A stretch of 64,000 nucleotides of DNA, taken from Calditrichia bacterium. GTDB lineage: Bacteria > Calditrichota > Calditrichia > JAJRVZ01. The notes beneath the pieces were generated by a model, which was not told the origin of the DNA, did not search any database, and was given only the letters and a program-made list of their open reading frames with translations. A program made the translations under genes and the position numbers. Shown here in pieces: positions 19,355-29,271 of this stretch (position 1 is its first letter; each line of letters starts with the position of its first letter). Where the stretch lies: NCBI GenBank assembly GCA_963777955.1, contig CAVZSQ010000019.1, forward strand, positions 1 through 64,000. The letters run 5' to 3'.

Positions 19355-19448
19355 CGGGAGTACGTGGGAGTCGAACCCACCCCTCCACCGTTAGGCGGAG
19401 ACACGCGGTTTTGAAGACCGGGAGGGCCACCGGGCCCCCTTTACTCCC
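19355..19448 (-). tRNA. selC: tRNA-Sec (anticodon UCA)
   Basis: GGGAGTA/TACTCCC acceptor, 6-bp D stem with 4-nt loop, CTTCAAA anticodon loop, long variable arm, GTGGG-TTCGACT-CCCAC T arm, G discriminator; no encoded CCA. Confidence 0.95.
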
Positions 19449-19496
19449 ATGAATTAATACTGGAAATTTGCAGATATGGAGATATAAATGCAATTA

Positions 19497-19532
19497 AATT
19501 CCAATAACCAAATTCCAATAACCAAATTCCAA
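19497..19532 (+). repeat. 14-bp (2x7) tandem repeat AAATTCCAATAACC
   Basis: About 2.6 copies upstream of selC. Confidence 0.8.
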
Positions 19533-19602
19533 AAAATATAATTCCTGTGACCAACGCCAATAACCTAATACGTTCCTGTTGTTTTTATGGGGGGATGTTT
19601 TT

Positions 19603-19815
19603 GGACGCGGTAACCGCGCCTCTACCTGCGCCCCAACATACCGCAGCCCATCAATACACCATACGTATTCCCGAATTCAACATAAATATAAAATAATTCA
19701 TCTCCATCAATAATATTGTTGTATGATTGGTAATAATTTTTCATATTTTACAATAAAATAAAAATCGAAATGTTGGCGGGTTTGGTAGGTAGGGGCGAGG
19801 TTACCTCGCCCCTAC
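19603..19815. repeat. Two GTAG/CTAC-type REP hairpins (19603-19625 and 19789-19815)
   Basis: GGACGCGGTAACCGCGCCTCTAC and GTAGGGGCGAGGTTACCTCGCCCCTAC; related copies at 55317-55345 and 57228-57253. Confidence 0.75.
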
Positions 19816-19849
19816 CGAATCCCAACATATCCCATACACCGGAGATATT

Positions 19850-22285
19850 ATGCCGAAATCATTGGAAATACCCGTAAAATCCCTGACTAAAAAAATCGAC
19901 CTGTCCCATTTCACCTTTCAAACCACCGATGATCTGCAAACCCTGGACTCGGTCATCGGCCAGGACCGCGCCGTGCGCTCAATCAATTTCGGACTGGCTA
20001 TGTCTGATCCTTCCTACAATATTTTTGTCACCGGTATCCGCGGCACAGGCCGAACTACTATCGTCAATGATCTGCTGCATAAAGCTGCCCTGGCCAGGGA
20101 AAAACCAAATGACTGGTTCTATGTCTATAACTTCGACGATCCGGATGAACCGCGGGCTTTCAGTCTGCCCAGCCGTAAAGCAAAAGCCCTGCTCAAGAAT
20201 TTTGTACGGGTTATCTCCAACCTGCGCAATGCTCTTACCGCCGCCTTCGAAAGCGAACAATATCTGGAACAAAAAAATCAACTGGTCGATATCAGCCAGA
20301 AAAAAAAGCGGGAAATTTTCGGCAGGATCGAAACCGATGCCCGCAAAATGAATATCCAGATCAAAGGCTCGGCCGCCGGATTCCAGACCATCCCGCTGGT
20401 CGAAGATAAACCGATGAACGATACCCAGTATCAGAGTTTATCCAAGGAAGACCGGGAAAAACTGGAACAGAAGATCCAGAACGTGCAGAAAATGATCCAG
20501 GATATGGTCACCGAAGCAACCACCCTGGACCGCGAAACCGAAGAAGAAGTGGAAAATCTGAATCAGGTCACTGCCCAGTTTATCGTGGAAAGCCAGTTCA
20601 TGGACCTGCGCAAGGAATTTAAAGAATATGAAGATATCCTGAATTATTTCAATAATGTGATCAATGATATCGTGCAGAATGTCTATTCCTTCCTGGATGC
20701 CAAACAACAGGACTCTGCACCGGCACCGACTGCCAAATCCCCCAACGACTCCCCGGAAAGAAAAATCGATAAATACCGGATCAACCGGGTAGTCGATAAT
20801 TCCCAGCTCAAAGGTGCACCGGTTATCTATGAAATGAACCCCACCTATAATAACCTGTTCGGACGCATCGAGAAAAAATCGTTCATGGGCTACCTTTATA
20901 CCGATTATACCCTGATCAAGGCCGGTTCGCTGCTGAAAGCCAACGGCGGCTACCTGATCCTGGACATCGAACAAATCCTGCGCCAGCCTTTCGTCTATGA
21001 AGCGCTCAAACGGGCCGTGCGCACCCAGTGCCTGATGATCGAAGATATAAATGAATTGTACGGGGTGATGACCTCGGCCGGACTCAAGCCCAAACCGATA
21101 CCGCTCAATCTGAAAGTGATCATTATCGGCCAGCAATATATCTATCACATGCTGCACAGTTATGACGAAGAATTCAAGAAAATATTCAAGGTCCGCGCCG
21201 ACTTCGATTATGAAGTAAAAGAAAGCAAAAGCAACCTGTCCAAGTATATTAAATTCATCGCCAGGGTGGTGAAAGAGGAAGATCTGCGGCCTTTCGACCG
21301 CAGCGCCGTTCAGGGTGTAGTCCAGCATGCCTATCGTCTGGTGGATCATCAGAAGAAATTATCAATCCAGTTCTCGGAAATTGTGCGGCTGATCCGTGAA
21401 GCCTCTTACTTCGCCAGCAACCGCCACAGCAAATTTGTCCAGATCACCGATGTACAGGAAGCCATCCGTGAAGAAAAATACCGTTCCAATTTGTCCGAAG
21501 AGAAAATCCAGGACGCTATCCACGAGAAGATGTTAAAATTTGATATCGATGGATATGAAGTGGGACAGATCAACGGCCTGGCGGTTTATGACCTGGGCGA
21601 TTATAGTTTCGGTAAACCGTCGCGAATTACCGCTTCAACATATATCGGTAACCGTGGTATCGTCAATATCGAACGGGAAGCAAAACTGAGCGGGAAGATA
21701 CATGATAAAGGAGTGTTGATACTGTCCGGATATTTTGCCGCCCGTTTCGGTGAAACAGTACCGCTGTCTTTTTCTGCCAGTATCACCTTCGAACAGAGCT
21801 ATGGCATGATCGACGGTGACAGCGCCTCCTGCGCCGAACTTTTTGCACTGTTTTCTTCCCTGTCCGGCATTCCGATCTACCAGGGTATCGCTGTAACCGG
21901 TTCAATCAACCAGAAAGGGGAAGTCCAGGCCATTGGTGGTGTCAATGAAAAAATTGAAGGTTATTACCAGGTGTGTAAACTGCACCGTTTGAGCGGTAAA
22001 CAGGGGGTGATCATCCCCGCCTCCAATGTCCAGAATCTGATGCTCGATGATGAAATCGTGGCTGCAGTACAAAATAAAAAATTTCACATCTGGGCTATAA
22101 ATAAGATTGAAGAAGGCGTGCCGTTGTTGACCGGGAAGGACGCCGGCAAGAAACGCCGCGACGGCAGTTTTACCCCCGGGTCCGTTTTCGACGGTGTACA
22201 GAAGAAGATCATCCAGTTCGACAAGATCGTCAAGCAGTTTGGGAAGAAGGAGAATAAGGGGAAGAATAATGCGGAGGATGAATAA
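19850..22285 (+). CDS. Lon-like (LonC/YcbZ-type) S16 protease with AAA-like domain
   Basis: VIGQDRA, GSLLKANGGYL, GQINGLAV, IDGDSASCAEL (Ser), GGVNEKIEG (Lys). Confidence 0.92.
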   Translation: MPKSLEIPVKSLTKKIDLSHFTFQTTDDLQTLDSVIGQDRAVRSINFGLAMSDPSYNIFVTGIRGTGRTTIVNDLLHKAALAREKPNDWFYVYNFDDPDEPRAFSLPSRKAKALLKNFVRVISNLRNALTAAFESEQYLEQKNQLVDISQKKKREIFGRIETDARKMNIQIKGSAAGFQTIPLVEDKPMNDTQYQSLSKEDREKLEQKIQNVQKMIQDMVTEATTLDRETEEEVENLNQVTAQFIVESQFMDLRKEFKEYEDILNYFNNVINDIVQNVYSFLDAKQQDSAPAPTAKSPNDSPERKIDKYRINRVVDNSQLKGAPVIYEMNPTYNNLFGRIEKKSFMGYLYTDYTLIKAGSLLKANGGYLILDIEQILRQPFVYEALKRAVRTQCLMIEDINELYGVMTSAGLKPKPIPLNLKVIIIGQQYIYHMLHSYDEEFKKIFKVRADFDYEVKESKSNLSKYIKFIARVVKEEDLRPFDRSAVQGVVQHAYRLVDHQKKLSIQFSEIVRLIREASYFASNRHSKFVQITDVQEAIREEKYRSNLSEEKIQDAIHEKMLKFDIDGYEVGQINGLAVYDLGDYSFGKPSRITASTYIGNRGIVNIEREAKLSGKIHDKGVLILSGYFAARFGETVPLSFSASITFEQSYGMIDGDSASCAELFALFSSLSGIPIYQGIAVTGSINQKGEVQAIGGVNEKIEGYYQVCKLHRLSGKQGVIIPASNVQNLMLDDEIVAAVQNKKFHIWAINKIEEGVPLLTGKDAGKKRRDGSFTPGSVFDGVQKKIIQFDKIVKQFGKKENKGKNNAEDE

Positions 22286-22290
22286 TAAAA

Positions 22291-22322
22291 GGCACTTAGG
22301 CACTATGGCACTAAGGCACTTA
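22291..22322 (+). repeat. 8-bp tandem array GGCACTTA x4 (left arm)
   Basis: GGCACTTA GGCACTAT GGCACTAA GGCACTTA. Confidence 0.9.
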
Positions 22323-22347
22323 GTAAGAAAAACATCCAGACTCTAAG

Positions 22348-22751
22348 TTAAGTAATTGAGTTTGATTGACGCAGTTTGGTTATTAATGATCTTAATATAA
22401 TCTCTATTTCCCGGATCTTTTTATAATTAGATTCATAGTCCGATTTAGAAATAAAATTTGAAATTTAATCCTATTTCAAGTTGTGTCTGTAATTCATATA
22501 TCGATCCCATAGCAATATTGAGGAATCTAATATAATCCTTCGTCGATCTTCGTCCATACCCTTCAGCAACATTTACTCGGTATCGAAACCGCACATCTGC
22601 GTATTTGCAATGATAATCCATATAATTCATTTACAGGAAAAGAAGTGGTCAATTTATAGATGGAAGTAACAAAATCAATTGCCTTGCGCCATACAATCAA
22701 ATCTCTAAACGTATTTATTCTGGATGACTTTCCATTTTCAATCTTATCCAT
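22348..22751 (-). CDS. Four-helix-bundle protein (23S rRNA IVP / TIGR02436-like); frameshifted
   Basis: FRDLIVWRKA..IYKLTTSFP..ELYGLSLQIRRCAVSIPS/NVAEGYGRRSTKDYIRFLNIAMGSIYELQTQL. The 3' end is approximate. Confidence 0.9.
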
Positions 22752-22820
22752 GGAACTGATAATACAACAATCATACCAATATTTTTATAAACCTCAAATT
22801 TCAATAAATTATACGTTTCT

Positions 22821-22875
22821 TAAGTGCCTACGTTTCTAAGGGGGAGTGCCTAAGTGCCTAAGTGCCTAAGTGCCT
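22821..22875 (-). repeat. 8-bp tandem array TAAGTGCC (right arm, inverted relative to 22291-22322)
   Basis: TAAGTGCC x4 plus degenerate units; overlaps the aroE 3' end. Confidence 0.9.
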
Positions 22876-23725
22876 CATCTCCTCCATCACAATCCCTCTT
22901 ATTTTGTCCAGCGGCATCTCTCTTCCCCGTCCACAACTGAAACGATGCCGCGGCCTGCAGTAACAGCATCTCGATTCCGCCTATAATCCTGATTTTTTTG
23001 CCAGCCTTTTCTGCCGCCGACAGTAACCTGGTCTTCAGAGGATTATAAATCAGATCATAAACAACACAACCATCCTTTAACTTCTTCAAGCCTGGCAAAG
23101 GAGTATGATCGATGTGAGGATACATACCTGCCGGGGTGGCATTAATGATCAGATCGTACTTTGCCAGATCCTCAGTATAATCCCGGGCATTAGTAAAAAG
23201 AAATTCAGTAGTCGTATACTGATTTTTAAAGTAATTGATTAGATTCTCGGCCTCTATTGGTAAGATACTGATAATTTGAATCTTAACCGGCTTGTAAACT
23301 TCAAGCAGTACATAAAGAACGGCCCTGGCGGCACCTCCGCTGCCGATTAACAGGCAATTTTCAAATTTACGGCCGAAGGGTTTTTTTAATGATTCTTTAA
23401 ATCCGGTAATATCGGTATTATAGCCCTTCCATTTCCCGTTTTTGATAACAATTGTATTAACTGCACCGATTTTTTCAGCCACAGGATCTATATCATCAAG
23501 ATGGGATTTGATAGTATTTTTATAAGGAATGGTGACATTGAAACCGGAAAAATTTAATGTCTTAATCTGGGCAATAGTGCTATCGAAACTTTCCGGCTCG
23601 ATCTCAATATTCTCATAGAATGCCGGTATTTTTAATAACTGAAAGGCTTGATTATGAATCAGCGGAGAGACGGAATGACTCAGGGTCCTGCCGATCAGGC
23701 CGTATCGATTTAATGCAGGTGTCAT
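22850..23725 (-). CDS. aroE: Shikimate dehydrogenase (probable frameshift near C-terminus)
   Basis: SHSVSP.IHN, GFNVTIPYK, GAVNT, GYNTD, GSGGAARA, NATPAGM, YDLIYNP. Confidence 0.95.
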   Translation of the reverse strand: MTPALNRYGLIGRTLSHSVSPLIHNQAFQLLKIPAFYENIEIEPESFDSTIAQIKTLNFSGFNVTIPYKNTIKSHLDDIDPVAEKIGAVNTIVIKNGKWKGYNTDITGFKESLKKPFGRKFENCLLIGSGGAARAVLYVLLEVYKPVKIQIISILPIEAENLINYFKNQYTTTEFLFTNARDYTEDLAKYDLIINATPAGMYPHIDHTPLPGLKKLKDGCVVYDLIYNPLKTRLLSAAEKAGKKIRIIGGIEMLLLQAAASFQLWTGKRDAAGQNKRDCDGGDEALRHLGT

Positions 23726-23738
23726 GACCGTTCTTATT

Positions 23739-24248
23739 TCAGGTCAGGGCCTGATGTTTTTTAATTCCACGCAGCAGCAGGTTCAGACCTGACAGGATAA
23801 AAGCAACCGGCCAGTATGTGGCCAGAATATCATACAAATGCCAGTAGGAATAATCCCCGTAATAACTCAGCATGAATAATCCGCCAATGGCACTGAATAT
23901 CACCGCCCAGGCTAAATTGAACCAGTGGTAACCTCCCAGAACAATATAAACTATATTAGCCAGGGCTAAAGACAGGAAAAATACACCAAAGACAAATTCA
24001 TCGGCAGTAACCAGAAAGCGGTTGCTGATCAACAACATCAGGATACCAAAACTGATGAAAAAGGTACCCCCTAATACCCCCTGTTTATCGGTCCTGTTCA
24101 GGGCGTTACTGAATTTCGATAATCCGATTACAATAAAAGCATAGAACAGAATGTCGAACCACTCCAGGGCCATGATGTCCATTTCATCCAGCAACATCAG
24201 CAGGCCAATGACAATCAGAATTATTCCCGACCAGTAATGCCTTCTCAT
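23739..24248 (-). CDS. LiaF/DUF5668-like membrane protein
   Basis: GIILIVIGLLMLL...YWPVAFILSG; multiple TM segments; follows PspC. Confidence 0.6.
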   Translation of the reverse strand: MRRHYWSGIILIVIGLLMLLDEMDIMALEWFDILFYAFIVIGLSKFSNALNRTDKQGVLGGTFFISFGILMLLISNRFLVTADEFVFGVFFLSLALANIVYIVLGGYHWFNLAWAVIFSAIGGLFMLSYYGDYSYWHLYDILATYWPVAFILSGLNLLLRGIKKHQALT

Positions 24249-24262
24249 CCGCCCTCCCCTGC

Positions 24263-24913
24263 TCAGCTGAGATTGATTTTGTTATTCATTTTTTCCGGTT
24301 CTTCCGGAAAAACGATCAGCATGATGACATAGGCCAGGATGCCCAGGCCATAGGATATTAACGTCCCAACCACCCACAGAATCCGGATCAGTGATACATC
24401 CTGGTTAAAATAATCGGCCAGGCCGCCGCAGACCCCGCCCAGCATCCGCTGAGATTGCGAGCGATATAATTTTTTATTTTCCACATCCAGCACATCTTCT
24501 ACTTTTACCTTTTTGAATACCAGCAATAAACCGAGGCCTACCAGCAGGGAACCCCATACAGCCTGCCAGGGAATCTGCCAGAGATTAAATGACGGAAACA
24601 GACCCACCTGTTTCAGCAACAGAACGCCGCCTACGATGACCAGTACCGAACCCCAGAACAGAGACTTATCTTTAACCACGACATTGCCTGTTTCGGCATT
24701 GACCTGTTCAGGATTCGGCGGAATTATAATCAGACCGGCGATATAAGCGATAACACCGACCCCGCCGAACAGGGAAATAATCACCCAGATCAGACGCACC
24801 AGGGTGGCATCGATATGAAAGTAATCAGCCAGTCCTCCGCAGATACCGCCGAGCATTTTATTGACCTGCGAGCGGTATAGTTTGCGAGCCTTATAATCAT
24901 TAATTTCCGACAT
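24263..24913 (-). CDS. Tandem PspC-domain envelope-stress protein
   Basis: Two KLYRS..MLGG(I/V)CGGLADYF..D..L(V/I)R repeats flanking a LiaI-like TM segment. Confidence 0.9.
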   Translation of the reverse strand: MSEINDYKARKLYRSQVNKMLGGICGGLADYFHIDATLVRLIWVIISLFGGVGVIAYIAGLIIIPPNPEQVNAETGNVVVKDKSLFWGSVLVIVGGVLLLKQVGLFPSFNLWQIPWQAVWGSLLVGLGLLLVFKKVKVEDVLDVENKKLYRSQSQRMLGGVCGGLADYFNQDVSLIRILWVVGTLISYGLGILAYVIMLIVFPEEPEKMNNKINLS

Positions 24914-24985
24914 CTGTACTACCTTCCTCCCACAATACGGCTATAATGAATAACGTAAATTTATGCGATTAGTTGCATTTGTTCA

Positions 24986-25456
24986 TCAACGCTTGATATC
25001 GACGATCTGATAATTAATATTCCCGGCCGGCACCTGCACCGAAATTTTATCCCCTTTTTTCCTGCCGATCAGCGCTTTGCCCACCGGGGAAGCAACCGAA
25101 ATTTTGTTTTCAACGACATTTGCCTCCGCCGGTGAGACCAGTTTATACTCGATAAGTTCTTTTCGCTCAAGATCTTTTAAAACAACCGTGGTCAGGATAT
25201 AAACCGCATCGGAGGGGATTTCCTCTTCCGTGATGATACGGGCCCGGCCGATACGGTCTTCCATCAGTTTAATCCGGCTTTCCAGCATGGATAATTCTTC
25301 CCGGGCGGCATGATACTCGGCATTTTCCTTTAAATCGCCGTGTTCGCGTGCCGCTGCAACTTTTTTCGAAACCAGCGGACGTTTGACGAATTTATATTCA
25401 TGCAGTTCATCCTTCATCTTCTGCAGAACCTGCTGAGTCATATATTCAAATTTCAA
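24986..25456 (-). CDS. greA: Transcription elongation factor GreA
   Basis: AREHGDLKENAEYHAARE; ISVASPVGKALIG. Confidence 0.96.
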   Translation of the reverse strand: MKFEYMTQQVLQKMKDELHEYKFVKRPLVSKKVAAAREHGDLKENAEYHAAREELSMLESRIKLMEDRIGRARIITEEEIPSDAVYILTTVVLKDLERKELIEYKLVSPAEANVVENKISVASPVGKALIGRKKGDKISVQVPAGNINYQIVDIKR

Positions 25457-25494
25457 TTGGGCTGCCCTCCCATAAAAATTGATTGCACCTTAGA

Positions 25495-25546
25495 GTCATT
25501 CCCGCTGTCCAGATACCAATCCTGATCGCCTGTTGGCGGGAATGAC
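25495..25546. repeat. Palindromic element GTCATTCCCGC...GCGGGAATGAC
   Basis: 11-bp perfect inverted repeat, followed by 7-bp CCCTTTA repeats and a CCCCCTTTATTAAGGGGG hairpin. Confidence 0.7.
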
Positions 25547-25610
25547 AACTTTACCCTTTTCCCTTTACCCTTTAAAACAACCCCCTTACCCCCTTTATTA
25601 AGGGGGAACA

Positions 25611-27794
25611 TCATTCCGCATCCATAATACGCTCCACCCGCTCGACGGAGATAATCCCCTTGACCTTGCGAATACTCTGCAACACCCGGGTTAGATGATG
25701 CAAATCTTTGACCTCCACCACCAGATTCCCCTGGACCAGCGTATCCTCTAGTTTGAACTCCACCATCACGATGTTGGTATCCAGCTTGGAAATGGCCTGG
25801 GATATATCACGCAGCAGATCTCGGCGGTCTTCACTCAGCACGGTAAGATGTACCTGGTAATCCTGTTCGTTTTCAACATCCCAGGATACTTCGATCTTTT
25901 TTTCATGATTGTCGCCTAGCAACAGCATGTTATTACAATCAATGCGATGCACCGTAACCCCTGTACCCTTGGTAATATAACCGATTATTTTATCTCCAGG
26001 CACCGGCTGGCAGCATTTTCCAAACTTAATCATCATATTATCCAGACCCTGAACAGTAATACCGCTGCCCGATCGTACCTTTTTGATGTATTTGGTAAAA
26101 AACGATTCTTTCTTTTTTTCCGGGACTTCATCCGGAAAGATCTTTTTGGTCATCTCATCAGTGGTGTATTCCCCTTTGCCCAGGGCCAGTAACAGGCTGT
26201 CCAGATTCTGAAAACCGAGTTTGGGCAGCAGAGTCTGAAATTTTTCCGACTCGAGATCCATTTCATAACGCTTCAGATATTTGGTGATTATTTCCTCGCC
26301 GAACTTCAGTATTTGCGTTTGCTGGGTCTCGCGTAAATATTTCCTGATCTTCTGGTTGGCCCGGGCGGTCTTGACATAGGCCAGCCAGTCCTGGTGCGGT
26401 TCCTGATTTGCCGAGGTGATTATTTCTACCTGATCTCCGCTCTTTAATTTCGTTTTCAGCGGAACAATCCGGCCGTTAACCTTAGCACCGATACAATGCA
26501 TCCCGACATCGGTATGGACAGCGAAAGCAAAATCGAGGGCCGAAGATCCATTGGGCAAACGGAAAACATGCCCTTTGGGTGAAAAGACAAAAACTTCGTC
26601 CTGGAATAAATCGATCTTGAGATTTTCCATGAAATATTTCGGATCTTCTTCCTGCATCTGCTGGTCTACCAGGCTGCGGATCCAGGTCATATGCTTTTCA
26701 AATTCTTCATCATGCGTTTTGCCTTCCTTGTAGCGCCAGTGGGCTGCAATACCGATTTCAGCTGTACGGTGCATATCCCAGGTGCGGATCTGGATCTCCA
26801 CCATTCGTCCCATGTTTCCGACCACCGTGGTGTGCAGGGATTGATAACCGTTGATCTTGGGCATGGCAATATAATCTTTAAAGCGGTCATAGACAGGCAT
26901 GAATTGACTGTGCACGATTCCCAGCGTGTAATAACATTCTTCGATCTTGTTGACGATAATGCGAATGGCAAATAGATCGTAAATTTCCTCAAACGGTTTA
27001 TTGCGGCGCATCATCTTGTGATAAATGCTGTACAGGTGTTTGGCCCGTCCGCCTACCGTCGCTTTAATATTCGCTCTTTCCAGTTCGCGGATGATCGGTT
27101 CGGTCATGGCTTTAATATAATCTTCGCGCTCTTCCCGGCGCTGATTGATCTTATTATTGATCTGATTATAGGCCTCTTCATCCAGATGCTTCATCACCAG
27201 GTCTTCCAGTTCCCATTTGATCTGGGCCATGCCAAAACGATGGGCCAGCGGAACATATACCTCACGCGTCTCCAGGGCAATCCGTTCCCTTTTTTTGGGC
27301 GGCACATGTTCTAAGGTGCGCATATTGTGCAGGCGGTCGGCAAATTTAATGATGATGACCCGGACATCGCGGGCCATGGAGAGCAACATTTTACGGAAAG
27401 TTTCGGCCTGTCGTTGTTCCCTGCTTTCGAACCTGAGTTCGCTGATTTTAGTGACACCGTCGACCAGTTGGGCAATATCGGTATCGAATTTTTCCCGGAT
27501 CTCATCGAGTACGATCCCGGTATCTTCAACCGAATCATGCAATAATCCGGCGGCGATGGTGGCGGTATCCATTTTTAAATCGACCAGGATATCGGCCACA
27601 TGCAGTACATGATCGAAGTACGGTTCTCCCGAATAGCGGCGCTGGTTTTTATGCGCCTCCAGGCTGAATTCATACGCCCGCCGCAGCAGGATCAGACTAT
27701 TGTCGGTAGAGTAATCGGCAACCCGGTTGATGATACTCTGGAACAGTTCATCGTACTGTTCATGTAATTTTTTGATTACTTTATCATCCGACAT
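25611..27794 (-). CDS. relA: Bifunctional (p)ppGpp synthetase/hydrolase (long RSH)
   Basis: HDSVED, KFADRLHNMRT, RFKDYIA.PK.NGYQSLHT, TGS and ACT domains. Confidence 0.96.
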   Translation of the reverse strand: MSDDKVIKKLHEQYDELFQSIINRVADYSTDNSLILLRRAYEFSLEAHKNQRRYSGEPYFDHVLHVADILVDLKMDTATIAAGLLHDSVEDTGIVLDEIREKFDTDIAQLVDGVTKISELRFESREQRQAETFRKMLLSMARDVRVIIIKFADRLHNMRTLEHVPPKKRERIALETREVYVPLAHRFGMAQIKWELEDLVMKHLDEEAYNQINNKINQRREEREDYIKAMTEPIIRELERANIKATVGGRAKHLYSIYHKMMRRNKPFEEIYDLFAIRIIVNKIEECYYTLGIVHSQFMPVYDRFKDYIAMPKINGYQSLHTTVVGNMGRMVEIQIRTWDMHRTAEIGIAAHWRYKEGKTHDEEFEKHMTWIRSLVDQQMQEEDPKYFMENLKIDLFQDEVFVFSPKGHVFRLPNGSSALDFAFAVHTDVGMHCIGAKVNGRIVPLKTKLKSGDQVEIITSANQEPHQDWLAYVKTARANQKIRKYLRETQQTQILKFGEEIITKYLKRYEMDLESEKFQTLLPKLGFQNLDSLLLALGKGEYTTDEMTKKIFPDEVPEKKKESFFTKYIKKVRSGSGITVQGLDNMMIKFGKCCQPVPGDKIIGYITKGTGVTVHRIDCNNMLLLGDNHEKKIEVSWDVENEQDYQVHLTVLSEDRRDLLRDISQAISKLDTNIVMVEFKLEDTLVQGNLVVEVKDLHHLTRVLQSIRKVKGIISVERVERIMDAE

Positions 27795-27867
27795 AGATCT
27801 AGCATCCGGCTATTTGCTGAATCCCCTTACTATATTTTATTCAGCAAAACTCTGATTGTTTCCGCTG

Positions 27868-29271
27868 TTAATAACTTTCCGGTGAAAATACCCCTTCTTC
27901 TGAGAACGGTGCCGGATCTGAAAACTTCCCGAATTCTTTCAGAAAGGTGAGTTTGACATCCCCGACCGGGCCATTGCGCTGTTTACCTATGATTATTTCA
28001 CAGCGATTATAGGTCGGTTCTTTGGTATCTTCGAATTCTTTGATATTATAATATTCGGGACGATAAACGAATAAAACCACATCGGCATCCTGTTCGATGG
28101 CACCCGATTCACGCAGATCGGAAAGTTGCGGTTTATGGCTCTTATCGCGCATCTCCACTGCCCGGGATAGTTGTGATAAAGCAATCACCGGGATGTTCAG
28201 TTCTTTGGCCAGCGATTTCAGGGCCCGGCTGATCCGGGTTATTTCCTGCTGCCGGTTCTCCTCCCGGGATGCGTCCATTAATTGCAGATAATCAATGATC
28301 AGCAGTTGTACCTTTTTCTCGGCGATCAGTCTGCGGGCTTTGGAGCGCACTTGCAGGATGTTCAGCGATGGGGAATCATCGATATAGATCGGCGCCTCGC
28401 CCAGTACGCCCACATGCTGGGCCAGCCGTTTCAGTTCATCGGCGCTCAGGCGTCCGGTGCGCACATGGGTTTGATTAACCATCGCCTCGGTGCATAACAG
28501 GCGCAGAACCAGTGCTTCGGCAGCCATTTCCAGACTGAATAGTCCCACCGGTATCTTATCCTCCACAGCCGCATTACGGGCCAGATTCAGGGCGAAAGCA
28601 GTTTTACCCATACTGGGCCGGCCGGCCAGTACAATAAATTCTGCTTTCTGAAATCCGGCGGTCAACTCATCCAGTTTCTTGAATTTGGAAGCGATACCGG
28701 TTACACCGACCCGGGATGTATGGTACAGTTCCTCGATCCGTTCAAAGGTGGTGTGCAACAGGGGATTAACCGATTCAAAACTCTTTTTGATTCTTTTCTC
28801 GGAAATTTCAAAGATGGCGCGCTCGGCTTCATCCAGCAACTGTTCGGCGTCTTTGGTCTGTTCATAGGAACCATTGATGATATCGGTACAGACATAGATC
28901 AGTTTGCGGTTGATCGCCTTCTCTTTGATGATATTCAGGTGGTACTCGATATTGGCTGAAGAAGGCACAGTATTGGATATCTCGGCCAGATAATATGCGC
29001 CGCCGACTTCATCAAGTTGCGTTTTTTTCTTTAATAATTCGGTGATGGTGTACAGATCCACAGCTTCGTGCCGGTCAAACAATTCCACAACCGCCATAAA
29101 AATTGTGCGGTGGGCGTCTTTGTAGAAATAGGTTTCATCGATCATTTCCAGAGCCTGGGCGATCGCTTCTTTGTCCAGCATCATCGCACACAGCACGGCC
29201 TGTTCGACATCGATAGCCTGCGGGGGTGTGCGTAAATTATTTACTTCGGTTGCATATTCCGGCATACTCAT
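27868..29271 (-). CDS. dnaB: Replicative DNA helicase
   Basis: GRPSMGKTAF, IIDYLQLM, ALSQLSR, LSDLRESGAIEQDAD, KQRNGP; no intein. Confidence 0.98.
   Translation of the reverse strand: MSMPEYATEVNNLRTPPQAIDVEQAVLCAMMLDKEAIAQALEMIDETYFYKDAHRTIFMAVVELFDRHEAVDLYTITELLKKKTQLDEVGGAYYLAEISNTVPSSANIEYHLNIIKEKAINRKLIYVCTDIINGSYEQTKDAEQLLDEAERAIFEISEKRIKKSFESVNPLLHTTFERIEELYHTSRVGVTGIASKFKKLDELTAGFQKAEFIVLAGRPSMGKTAFALNLARNAAVEDKIPVGLFSLEMAAEALVLRLLCTEAMVNQTHVRTGRLSADELKRLAQHVGVLGEAPIYIDDSPSLNILQVRSKARRLIAEKKVQLLIIDYLQLMDASREENRQQEITRISRALKSLAKELNIPVIALSQLSRAVEMRDKSHKPQLSDLRESGAIEQDADVVLFVYRPEYYNIKEFEDTKEPTYNRCEIIIGKQRNGPVGDVKLTFLKEFGKFSDPAPFSEEGVFSPESY

Noticed and set aside
20438..21349. Long antisense ORFs (303 aa here; others opposite aceE, relA and the RND genes)
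   Set aside because: Shadow frames of well-conserved genes with no recognisable motifs.
22348..22751. Diversity-generating retroelement (Avd-like gene)
   Set aside because: No reverse transcriptase and no TR/VR pair with adenine-specific mismatches in the window.
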